From assembly GCA_048939995.1 (NCBI GenBank), contig JBHLOY010000003.1, positions 32,001-96,000 on the forward strand: a stretch of 64,000 nt of DNA, read 5' to 3'. Shown in pieces: positions 20,553 through 29,385 of the stretch. This DNA is from Promethearchaeota archaeon (GTDB taxonomy: Archaea > Asgardarchaeota > Lokiarchaeia > Sigyniarchaeales > SOKP01). The notes beneath the pieces were generated by a model. It saw only the letters and a list, made by a program, of their open reading frames with translations, was not told the origin of the DNA and did not search any database. Both the position numbers and the translations under genes were made by a program. How positions within the stretch are numbered: the stretch's first letter is position 1; every line of letters begins with the position of its first letter.

Positions 20553-21245
20553 TTAGTCTTTATCTTCCTCATCACCCTCTTGTGGTCTCTTAGAGCATGA
20601 AGTAAGATGTCTTCCTAATCTTACAAACTCCTTACCACAATAAGGACATACTTTTTTATCCTTTCCCTCTTCGTCCTCAATTTTTGATTCTTTAGTTTTC
20701 ACTCTTTTTTTCTTTTTTTTACGAGGTAACACATCTTCGATACTAACGTCTTCGGGAGCAAATTCACAAGATGGAATATGTGCTCTTAAATCATCAAAAA
20801 TCTCTCCACAGAAGGGACATTCCAAATCCCCAAATTCTTGAGAAACACTTACTTCATCTTTTCCAACTTTTCTCTTTTCAAATTTTACGGGCTCCTCCTC
20901 TTCCTCTTCTTCAAATTCATCAATAGATAAATCAATTTCATCCTCTCCGGTTAATTCTTTGTATTCAAAATCTTCTAATTCTATTTTTTTCTCTAGAATC
21001 TTTTTTTCTGCACTCTTTCTACTTTCTTCATAAATTTCTTGTATCTTTCTATTAGACTTAGCGGGTTCATAAATTGTGCATACTTGACATATATATGCTC
21101 TTCTACCGAGGACTAAATCTCTTGTAGGACAAAAACATAAAGGTTGAAGGCTATTAGAGATATTACCTATTGATTCTAAGTGTTTACAAACAATTTTTCG
21201 AGAATATTTTATTTTTTGCTTTCGACGTGGTATAATAATCACCAA
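20553..21245 (-). CDS. Multi-zinc-finger protein (Cys/His-rich N-terminal domain, acidic linker, two C2HC fingers)
   Basis: CPFCGEIFDDLRAHIPSC and CPYCGKEFVRLGRHLTSC (both Cx2Cx9Hx3C); poly-Glu tract; basic PRKKKKKRVK. Confidence 0.75.
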   Translation of the reverse strand: MVIIIPRRKQKIKYSRKIVCKHLESIGNISNSLQPLCFCPTRDLVLGRRAYICQVCTIYEPAKSNRKIQEIYEESRKSAEKKILEKKIELEDFEYKELTGEDEIDLSIDEFEEEEEEEPVKFEKRKVGKDEVSVSQEFGDLECPFCGEIFDDLRAHIPSCEFAPEDVSIEDVLPRKKKKKRVKTKESKIEDEEGKDKKVCPYCGKEFVRLGRHLTSCSKRPQEGDEEDKD

Positions 21246-21322
21246 AAGAAGTAATTAAAATAATTAAGCTTAAAATTTATTTTTTTTCTTTTAAAAAAGG
21301 CGAAATTATCTTAAAGATATAA

Positions 21323-22849
21323 TTAAAAGTTATAATTTATGGATTTAAGGTCATTTATTACTTTCTCTCTTATCTTACTATGTTCTACATATGGTAAAAG
21401 CTCATCAACTAAATCTCTCAATTCAATTATCTTCTCAGTGAGTAATTCAGGTTTACTCCAGAGAGATTTTCTTAAAGGATGGCTTTGAATTAATGCTTTA
21501 TTAAAATTTTCTATAGCCTCTTTATAGAAAAGACAAGAACTATCATAATTTTTAAGTCTTGTTTGATATATTGTAGCAATCTTATTATAACTCATACCTG
21601 CTCCTGCATAATCTTTCTCCTTTTCAAAATAGATAGCAGAATTTTCAATTTTTTTTAGAGCATCTTTTAGAATCTCCCGATCACCAGTTTTTAAGGAGAG
21701 ATATCCTATTATGTAGCTTGCAACGCCTAAATAAAACCTATTATCATGCTTTTCCGAAAAATCATATAATTCCTCTGCAAAATCTCTCGCTAAAACTAAA
21801 TGGTTGTTTGAAATACATAATTTCGTGACATTTCTTAATAAATCTAAAACGCGATCAATATCACTCAATTTCTTATATTCCACAATACCTTGGCGATACT
21901 TTTCAACTCCAGTAAATGTATCTTTATGCTGGAAAGCCTTATTACCTTCATATATCAAAAGTTCAGCTTGCTCTTTAGATTCACTCGAATAAGAATTACC
22001 TTCTTGATGTGAGGTATCATAAAATAGGTTCTTAAAACCAAAGGATAAATCTTCTTCAATTGGGATCTCAACTAAGTCCTTAGGTTCTGTTTTAATGTCA
22101 ATTTCAGACATATAATTTTGGTCATCTAAATCTTGAGTATCTTTGTAGTCTGACCTTAATTTAAACTCCTCTCTATAAGCTGATTGTAAAGGTTTACCAG
22201 AAGAAACTAAAGCAGATAGCTCTGATAAAACATTTGCAAAGAAATACTTATTTAAGCCTTTGACCATATAGTCAACCTTTTGATAATTATTTTCAAATTC
22301 TGGAACATTTGGGTCCATATTCACATCTGTCAATCTATATATTTCAAATCCAGTATCGTATTTAGTAAGAATGTTATCACCAATAGTTTCTTCTTTTTTT
22401 TTTCCTAACAAAGTATGATCAAAGACTAGTCCAATTGCATCATTGTATTTTGCTTGAAATCCTAATTGGTTTATAAGATCTACGTAGGAAAAAAATAAGG
22501 ATAATCCTGGATGAGAATGGAACCAACCTACAATAAATTGTCCCTCTCCTTCCATATCTAGTTGCTGCTGTATCTCATCAATGAATATATAATGTCGTTC
22601 ATCTAGGCTTACATCAGTATCATGTCCAAAAGTGAGAGCATGAGCTTTTTCTACGTAAACAAAATCATTATCAGAATAACCTGTTAAAATCCCATAAATT
22701 TCTTTCCAATCTTTAGGTGGGATTGCTTGATTTGCATACCTGCTAGCGTATAATATTATTGTTTTATAGGCTTCTGCTTTAATAATTACAGGTTTACTAA
22801 TTATTTCTTCTAACCCTTCTTTATTTTCCCTTTCAAACTCTTCTGACAT
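21323..22849 (-). CDS. JAMM/MPN+ metallo-isopeptidase (Rpn11/CSN5-like) fused to C-terminal TPR/alpha-SNAP-like repeats
   Basis: EIYGIL catalytic Glu; IVGWFHSHPGLSLFFSYVD gives an intact HxH-x7-S-x2-D; GLVFD; helical repeats in C-terminal half. Confidence 0.88.
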   Translation of the reverse strand: MSEEFERENKEGLEEIISKPVIIKAEAYKTIILYASRYANQAIPPKDWKEIYGILTGYSDNDFVYVEKAHALTFGHDTDVSLDERHYIFIDEIQQQLDMEGEGQFIVGWFHSHPGLSLFFSYVDLINQLGFQAKYNDAIGLVFDHTLLGKKKEETIGDNILTKYDTGFEIYRLTDVNMDPNVPEFENNYQKVDYMVKGLNKYFFANVLSELSALVSSGKPLQSAYREEFKLRSDYKDTQDLDDQNYMSEIDIKTEPKDLVEIPIEEDLSFGFKNLFYDTSHQEGNSYSSESKEQAELLIYEGNKAFQHKDTFTGVEKYRQGIVEYKKLSDIDRVLDLLRNVTKLCISNNHLVLARDFAEELYDFSEKHDNRFYLGVASYIIGYLSLKTGDREILKDALKKIENSAIYFEKEKDYAGAGMSYNKIATIYQTRLKNYDSSCLFYKEAIENFNKALIQSHPLRKSLWSKPELLTEKIIELRDLVDELLPYVEHSKIREKVINDLKSINYNF

Positions 22850-22942
22850 TTTAAAATTATAAATCCTTAATTAAAGCAGATAAAAATTTCTTTAAATATT
22901 AAATAAATTATATGCTAATAAATTCAATTCTTTTTTATTATA

Positions 22943-23461
22943 TTAGAATTCATTATGTTTGGCCTTTTCTGCCAGATCAAGTACTTTTTTTGCAAACTCT
23001 AAGTTAGGTATTATCTCTAATGCCTTTCTCAAGGCTTCTATCGCATTTTCATATAGCTTTTTATTATAATACGCTGAACCTAAATTAGTCCAAGTACACT
23101 CATCCTTAGGATTCAGTTTTACAGCAATTTTACATGCATTAATTGCTTCATCAAAATTTTCCATATCAATATAAATAGAGCTGAGTTCTGACCATGAGAC
23201 TGCTAAAAGGGGATTTAGCTCTATAGCTCGCTTTAAAGCAACTATAGCGTTTTCATAATCTTCAAGGTCATAATAGAGATATCCTAAATTATGCCAATTA
23301 ATTGCTTCATTCGGATCGAGTTCTAAACATTTATTATATGCTTCAATAGCTTTATTGATATTATTAACTTGAATATATAAAAAACCGAGTTGCATCCAAA
23401 GATTTGAATCCAAAGGATTAATTTCTATTTTTCTTTTTAAATCTTCGATTTTATCTAGCAT
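22943..23461 (-). CDS. Tetratricopeptide repeat protein
   Basis: Four canonical 34-aa TPRs (WxNLG...A...AIELNP). Confidence 0.92.
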   Translation of the reverse strand: MLDKIEDLKRKIEINPLDSNLWMQLGFLYIQVNNINKAIEAYNKCLELDPNEAINWHNLGYLYYDLEDYENAIVALKRAIELNPLLAVSWSELSSIYIDMENFDEAINACKIAVKLNPKDECTWTNLGSAYYNKKLYENAIEALRKALEIIPNLEFAKKVLDLAEKAKHNEF

Positions 23462-23471
23462 TCTTTCTTTC

Positions 23472-24029
23472 CTAGTTTTCCGAAATTGATTTTATGAAAC
23501 GATTTTTAATTTCTTTTGGAAGCAACGGAATATTATGCACTTTAGCATTTCCTGGTTCAGCTTTAATCAAAATAAAATGGCATCCTTCACCCAAACTGGT
23601 TAGAATTTCTTTAATATCCTCAATTTTTATAATTTTAGTTATGGATTTAAAACCAGCCCCTTCTGCAATGATCTCCAATCTAGTTTCCTTACCAGTATAG
23701 GTCATTTGATCACCTGTAGAACCATAAGATGCATTATCAATTACAATTAAAGTTAAATTGGTTGGATTTGCATTTGCAATTGTACTTAAACTGCCAAGAT
23801 TCATTAGCAATGAACCATCTCCTTCTATGCACCAGATCTTTTTCGCTGGTTGAGAAAGTGCTAATCCAAGAGCGATAGAAGATGCTAAACCCATTGAACC
23901 CATCATATAGAAATTTTTGTTTCGATCTTTAAGATGATATAACTCTTTAGAGGGAATACCTATATTACATATCACATATTCCTCTTTCAATAAATTAACA
24001 ATAACTTTTAATACATCGAACCTTCTCAT
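23472..24029 (-). CDS. comE: Sulfopyruvate decarboxylase beta subunit (TPP-binding)
   Basis: NIGIPSKEL, FYMMGSMG, GDGSLLMN, DNxxYGSTG; ATGA overlap with comD. Confidence 0.85.
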   Translation of the reverse strand: MRRFDVLKVIVNLLKEEYVICNIGIPSKELYHLKDRNKNFYMMGSMGLASSIALGLALSQPAKKIWCIEGDGSLLMNLGSLSTIANANPTNLTLIVIDNASYGSTGDQMTYTGKETRLEIIAEGAGFKSITKIIKIEDIKEILTSLGEGCHFILIKAEPGNAKVHNIPLLPKEIKNRFIKSISEN

Positions 24030-24526
24030 CTAGAATCTCTCCATAAAGATTTTTGTAGAAGAACACCTACAGAATGGCTACTTTTTTTACAATATACAAT
24101 TGCTTTTTTAAATTTAGAAATCTCCTTATAAGATTTTATGGACCAAGTTTTTATCCCTATTAACTTCAGCAATTTTTCAGTAATATATCCCATTGGCATC
24201 TGTGCTATGATTTCTTCATCTTTTCCTCCTCTCTGACTGATTAAAAAAATTATAGGAATTTCATAAAGTCCTAACAAAGATTTAATAGCATTAACTGAAT
24301 TTCCTATTCCTGAATTCTGTATTAATATTATAGGGAATCCTCCACCTAAATAAGCACCAGCCGCTATCCCAATTCCTTCTTCTTCACGTGTTAAAGGAAT
24401 ATGTAAAATCTCATTCTTTTCATTAATTAAATTTAAGAGATCTTTCAATAAAATACAAGGTACTGAAAGGATTATATCAATTCCTGAATGCTTTATAATT
24501 TCATATAGTTTTTTATCTACTTTCAT
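24026..24526 (-). CDS. comD: Sulfopyruvate decarboxylase alpha subunit
   Basis: SVPC, LTREEEG, QNSGIGN, RG..E..AQxPMG. Confidence 0.85.
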   Translation of the reverse strand: MKVDKKLYEIIKHSGIDIILSVPCILLKDLLNLINEKNEILHIPLTREEEGIGIAAGAYLGGGFPIILIQNSGIGNSVNAIKSLLGLYEIPIIFLISQRGGKDEEIIAQMPMGYITEKLLKLIGIKTWSIKSYKEISKFKKAIVYCKKSSHSVGVLLQKSLWRDSR

Positions 24527-24551
24527 AAGATTAACTTTATTTAAAAATTTG

Positions 24552-25769
24552 TTAAATTATACCCTCTCTTTTGAAAGATTTAATATCATCAGCAGTATAG
24601 TCTAAACTTTTTAATATTTCCACGGTATCTTGCCCTATTTTTGGAGCTAAGCTTCTTATTACCAAAGGAGTACGCGAATATTTGATCGGGGAGGCAATAT
24701 TTTGAATTTTTCCAAATTTTGGATGATCAAGTTCGACTATCATTTTCCTTTCTTCTATTTGGGGATCAATACAGGCTTCACTAAAAGTTTTGACTGGCAT
24801 AACACAAGTATCTCTCTTAATAAAAATCTCCATCCACTCCGCTTGTGTTTTCTTTAAAAACTCCTTTTTAATTTCTTCAAAAGCTTCTTCTCTTTCGGCA
24901 TCCAGAGCATTCCCTTTATGAATTAAATCATCTCTACCAATAGCTTTACAAATTTCACGCCAAAATTTAATTTCAATAGCACCAATAGATAAATAACGAT
25001 CATCTTTAGTTTTAAAAACTGAATAGAACGGAAAATCCCCATGTAATGGGTTTTTCGGTTGAATATTACTATCATTTAAATATTTTGAAAATTCAAAAGC
25101 TGCTGCCATTGGCATAAAAGAAAAGACGCAATCAGTCATTGAAACATCAATATATTGTCCTTTTTTACCTAAATTTTTTTCCCTTTCGATCACAGCCCCT
25201 AAAATACTAATTACTGACACTAATCCACCTCCTATATCCGCAGCTTGTATTCCTGGCACTATAGGTCTCCTTTCCTGATCTTCTTTACCAAAGAGCTCAC
25301 GCTCCTTATTTAAATCTAAAATTCCACATAAACCAATATAATTTAGATCATGACCCGCGACTTGCTCATAGGGACCATATTGACCGTACCCAGTTAATGA
25401 ACAATAGATAATAGATGGGTTTATCTCAGATACAGTCTTATAATCAATCTTTAATTTTTTAGTTACTTTTGGACGGAAAGTTTCTAAAATGATATCTGCC
25501 TTGTGAACTAATTTATAAAAAATATTTATTGCACCTTCCTTTTTCAGATTAAGGGAAATTGACCTTTTATTCCTCATTAAAATTGAATTAAAAGCGCTTT
25601 CCCTATACCGACCTTTCTGAAAAAAGGGAGGAGGACTTCCATATGGAAATCTAGGGTCATTGATATGAATTACTTCAGCACCCAGATCTGCTAATATCAT
25701 GGAGCAGTAAGGTCCAGGAAGCAAGCGACTTAAATCTAATACTACAATGTTGTCTAAAGGCAAAACCAT
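24552..25769 (-). CDS. Family III CoA-transferase (CaiB/BaiF, AMACR-like)
   Basis: DLSRLLPGP, LADLGAEV, RNKRS, FRP, SLTGYGQxGP, GHDLNY, AADIGGG. Confidence 0.92.
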   Translation of the reverse strand: MVLPLDNIVVLDLSRLLPGPYCSMILADLGAEVIHINDPRFPYGSPPPFFQKGRYRESAFNSILMRNKRSISLNLKKEGAINIFYKLVHKADIILETFRPKVTKKLKIDYKTVSEINPSIIYCSLTGYGQYGPYEQVAGHDLNYIGLCGILDLNKERELFGKEDQERRPIVPGIQAADIGGGLVSVISILGAVIEREKNLGKKGQYIDVSMTDCVFSFMPMAAAFEFSKYLNDSNIQPKNPLHGDFPFYSVFKTKDDRYLSIGAIEIKFWREICKAIGRDDLIHKGNALDAEREEAFEEIKKEFLKKTQAEWMEIFIKRDTCVMPVKTFSEACIDPQIEERKMIVELDHPKFGKIQNIASPIKYSRTPLVIRSLAPKIGQDTVEILKSLDYTADDIKSFKREGII

Positions 25770-25824
25770 AATAAAGATAAATGGTAAATTATTAAAAAAG
25801 ACTTATCAAATTTTAAAAAAGAAA

Positions 25825-26337
25825 TTAAATAAAAATAATTTCTGCTTCAAGTTTGCTTGTATTAATTAAAGCAAATGAACCTTTTCCTGTTAAGTAACCG
25901 CAAACTTCTCCAGGGTTGACTACTAAAACATCATTATCATATCTCTTATTCACAATTGAATGTGTATGACCAGATAAAACGATATCAAAATTTCCTGATT
26001 TCGCTAAGGCTTCAATGGTCTCAGGCTTTGGCATATGTGAAGCAAACACTTTCTTTCCATCAAATTCCTTAATTAATTCATGTCCATTTTCTGCAAATTT
26101 ACAGATTTCACCAAGATTCTTTTTTAAAAAGACATGATCACCATCATTATTCCCAAAAACTCCAAAAAAATGTTCTTTTATATCTTGATTTAAGTTATTA
26201 AACCATTTACGCGTAAAAGGAGAACAATAATCTCCACAATGAATTAAAACATCTACTTTTCTTTCATTTATAATTGAGACTGCCTTCATAATATTAGTTT
26301 GATGATCATGGGTATCTGAAATTATTGCTAATTTCAA
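25825..26337 (-). CDS. YfcE/MJ0936-family metallophosphoesterase
   Basis: SDTH, HCGD, GNND, GHTH, NPG; GAGGTG ribosome-binding site upstream of TTG start. Confidence 0.9.
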   Translation of the reverse strand: MKLAIISDTHDHQTNIMKAVSIINERKVDVLIHCGDYCSPFTRKWFNNLNQDIKEHFFGVFGNNDGDHVFLKKNLGEICKFAENGHELIKEFDGKKVFASHMPKPETIEALAKSGNFDIVLSGHTHSIVNKRYDNDVLVVNPGEVCGYLTGKGSFALINTSKLEAEIIFI

Positions 26338-26475
26338 TGCGGTAACACCTCGATTTGATTTATTTGAATGAATTATTTATTATAATAAAAACAATAAAAA
26401 AATTGTTTGGGTAAAAAATTATATTGTAAGAGTAAATATATTTATAGCATAAGATATGAAAAAGTTGTGCTTTTA

Positions 26476-27552
26476 ATGATTGAAGAATTCCTTAATAAAG
26501 AAAAATTGGCTATCGATATTGAATTGGATAAATATTTCAACCATCTTGACGAAATTGAAAATGAAATCCTCTTGAAAGATTTCATTTCGCAGTTAAAGGA
26601 ATTTATTGTTAATAAAAAAGCTAAAAGGTTGCATCCGATATTACTAATCGCTAGTTTTACAGGAATTATAAATCCTATTTATTTGAATGAACAATTAGAT
26701 CAACTTAGGAAAGTTTCCTTGGCAATGGAATTATTGCATAGTGGACATTTAATCCATGATGATCTTATCGATGAAGAGGAAGAGCGAAGATCCAAACCAA
26801 CCTTCTATTTCCAACTAAAAAGAGAATTAGAAAGAATATATAAGAACCTTGATTTTGGGCATAAAGATGAGCTTATAAAAATGTATGGAAGAGATATGAG
26901 TATATTAGGTGGAACTCATGGATATCTACTTGGACTTGATGTCATTAAAAATTCAAAATTTCCTAATAATTTGAAGTTACTTGCAATTAATGAGTATACT
27001 GAAGCAATGGATTTTTTAATCAAGGGCCATATACTCGAAGAGTACATGCACTATCATAATTTAACAATGACTTTAGAACAATATCTTAATATCGCTGAAA
27101 TGCAAAGAGCAAGGTTATTCGAAAAATCGGCAAAAATAGGAGCAATATTAGCTAAAGGGAACTTACATTATCAAATACAACCCTTAAGCGAAGCTCTCTT
27201 GAGAATAGGGCAAGCCTATGCAATTCGAGATGATATTCTAGATGTGAATAAGGACATAAGAAGTAAAATAAAAAAAAATTTTGTATATATTTTAGCAATT
27301 CAGAATTCAGATGAGAACCAATCTAAACAATTGAATGAAATCTATCATAAGGGTAGTTTATCAAAGGAGGATGTAAAAATAGTAGAAAGATTGTTTGCTG
27401 AAACAAATTCTGTTATTACTGCTGAACATTTTTCGAAAAATTTAGTCTCACAAGCAAAAAATTTTTTGAAAGATATTTATCCCGACTTAAACAAACAACA
27501 AAAATTGTTCTTCAATGAATTCGCAGATTATATTTATATGAGGGAATTTTAA
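26476..27552 (+). CDS. Divergent trans-isoprenyl diphosphate synthase family protein (start probably ATG 26476; ORF open from 26407)
   Basis: ELLH..LIHDDLID..RRxKPT first Asp-rich motif; IRDDILD second motif. Confidence 0.8.
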   Translation: MIEEFLNKEKLAIDIELDKYFNHLDEIENEILLKDFISQLKEFIVNKKAKRLHPILLIASFTGIINPIYLNEQLDQLRKVSLAMELLHSGHLIHDDLIDEEEERRSKPTFYFQLKRELERIYKNLDFGHKDELIKMYGRDMSILGGTHGYLLGLDVIKNSKFPNNLKLLAINEYTEAMDFLIKGHILEEYMHYHNLTMTLEQYLNIAEMQRARLFEKSAKIGAILAKGNLHYQIQPLSEALLRIGQAYAIRDDILDVNKDIRSKIKKNFVYILAIQNSDENQSKQLNEIYHKGSLSKEDVKIVERLFAETNSVITAEHFSKNLVSQAKNFLKDIYPDLNKQQKLFFNEFADYIYMREF

Positions 27553-27566
27553 AAATATTTTATACT

Positions 27567-28178
27567 TTAAAACACCACAAAACTAGAATTTTGCATTTTA
27601 AGCATTAAATTACTTAATTTTTTAAATACTTCTACAACATTATAGTTTTCTAAGGATGACGTTTTATAGAACCCATCTATTTTTTTTTCCGCAACAAAAT
27701 TATTTATCAAAGTGTCGTCAACTATCTCTTCTTGTGGAGTGTTTTCAACTAAATCAAATTTACTACCAACTAGAATTTTTGGAATTTGAGATCCATTAGC
27801 ATGTTCTTTCAATTGATTATACCAAAATTCCATTTGGGTGAATGAATTCTTATTTACCAAATTAAACACTAAAAGCGCTCCATTAGCGCCTCCTAAAAAT
27901 TTTGGAATTAAGGGTTTAAATCTGTCTTGACCTCCAAAATCAAAAATCGAATTAACTATATAATTTTCTCTTGAATTATCAATTCGGTCTTGATGATTAA
28001 TCTTCAAATTTATCGAATGAAAATTTATCCCAATAGTCATTGACGTGTCAAAATTGAATGAGTTAAAACAAAACCTATTGAATAAGCAAGTCTTTCCAAC
28101 AGAAGGTCCTCCAATTATCACCGTTTTGAAGTTAAAGATCACACTTTTTTCTTGTTCTTGAATTCTCATATAATTCAA
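27567..28178 (-). CDS. Rab-like small GTPase
   Basis: GGPSVGKT, MTIG, FDFGGQDRF, GSKFD, KTSS. Confidence 0.9.
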   Translation of the reverse strand: MNYMRIQEQEKSVIFNFKTVIIGGPSVGKTCLFNRFCFNSFNFDTSMTIGINFHSINLKINHQDRIDNSRENYIVNSIFDFGGQDRFKPLIPKFLGGANGALLVFNLVNKNSFTQMEFWYNQLKEHANGSQIPKILVGSKFDLVENTPQEEIVDDTLINNFVAEKKIDGFYKTSSLENYNVVEVFKKLSNLMLKMQNSSFVVF

Positions 28179-28298
28179 ATCTTTATTTTTCCCTTAAAGA
28201 ATTAAATTTTACCTCTAAAAAAAAATTAATTAAATTTCTTTTTCATTATAACACTTAATTCCTAATATTAAGATTCCTTATTAATTAATGATTAAAAA

Positions 28299-29225
28299 AT
28301 GGAAGACATAGAGCTAAAAGCAGTTCCTCCAGAATATATCGTTATTAGACCTCCAGTGGAAGGAGCAGCCTCTTCAATATTAATCCCTGTAACTGGTGGA
28401 TGTTCATGGAACCGCTGCGCCTTCTGTGCAACTTATAAAGGAATGTATGGAATTACTCAAAAATATACTATACGTCCACTCGAAGATGTATTGCAAGATA
28501 TCGATTACTATGCAGAGCATCACTATCATGGATTTCCTGTATTTTTAGCGGGAGGAAATCCAACTTCTGCCCCTACCGATTATCTAGTTAAAATTATAAA
28601 ATATATTAGATTGAAAATTAAAAATGTTCGAAGAGTAAGTTGCTATGCTAAAGCATTAGATATATTAAGAAAGTCAGATGATGAGCTTAAAGAATTAGCA
28701 CAAGCAGGTTTAGACATTGTTTATATGGGATTAGAAAGTGGAAGTAGTATTATATTAAAAAAGATGAAAAAGGGAACTAACTCTGATTCAATGATTGAAG
28801 CAGGAAGGCGTGTCTTAAAAGCGGGAATAAAACTTAGTTTATATGTAATTCTCGGATTAGGTGGAAAAAAACTTTCAAAAGAACATGTTGAAGGAACAGC
28901 TAAAGTTTTGACAGAAATTAATCCAACAATATTTAGATTTCGAACTCTTAATATTGTTCCATATTCAGATCTTTTTAAAGAGTATAATAATGGTGAATTT
29001 GAGTTATTGACTCCTGTGGAAAATCTCATTGAAGAAAGAGATATAATTGCAAAATTGGGGGATAATGTAACTTCTGAAGTGTATAATGATCATTTCGTAA
29101 ATTATTGCGATTTTGAGTCTCAAAATATAAAGGAAGATCGAGAATTATTCATTGAAGCTCTTAATGCATTAATTGATAATCCTCGAATTCAAGCATTACC
29201 GAGAGTAAATTTTACGAGATTATAA
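28299..29225 (+). CDS. Radical SAM protein (paralog of 19626..20540)
   Basis: RPPVEGA, CSWNRCAFC, GLESG. Confidence 0.9.
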   Translation: MEDIELKAVPPEYIVIRPPVEGAASSILIPVTGGCSWNRCAFCATYKGMYGITQKYTIRPLEDVLQDIDYYAEHHYHGFPVFLAGGNPTSAPTDYLVKIIKYIRLKIKNVRRVSCYAKALDILRKSDDELKELAQAGLDIVYMGLESGSSIILKKMKKGTNSDSMIEAGRRVLKAGIKLSLYVILGLGGKKLSKEHVEGTAKVLTEINPTIFRFRTLNIVPYSDLFKEYNNGEFELLTPVENLIEERDIIAKLGDNVTSEVYNDHFVNYCDFESQNIKEDRELFIEALNALIDNPRIQALPRVNFTRL

Positions 29226-29385
29226 GTCTTCTTTATCAAGGTATTGAAAGTATCATTTACAAAAACTATATATTTTTCATATTATAAATTGATAAAATTT
29301 TATAATAGGTAGCTTCTTTATTAATAATATTTACATCTTAAATCAAATTAAATTGATTCTTTAAAATCTTTCAGAGAGATGAAAA

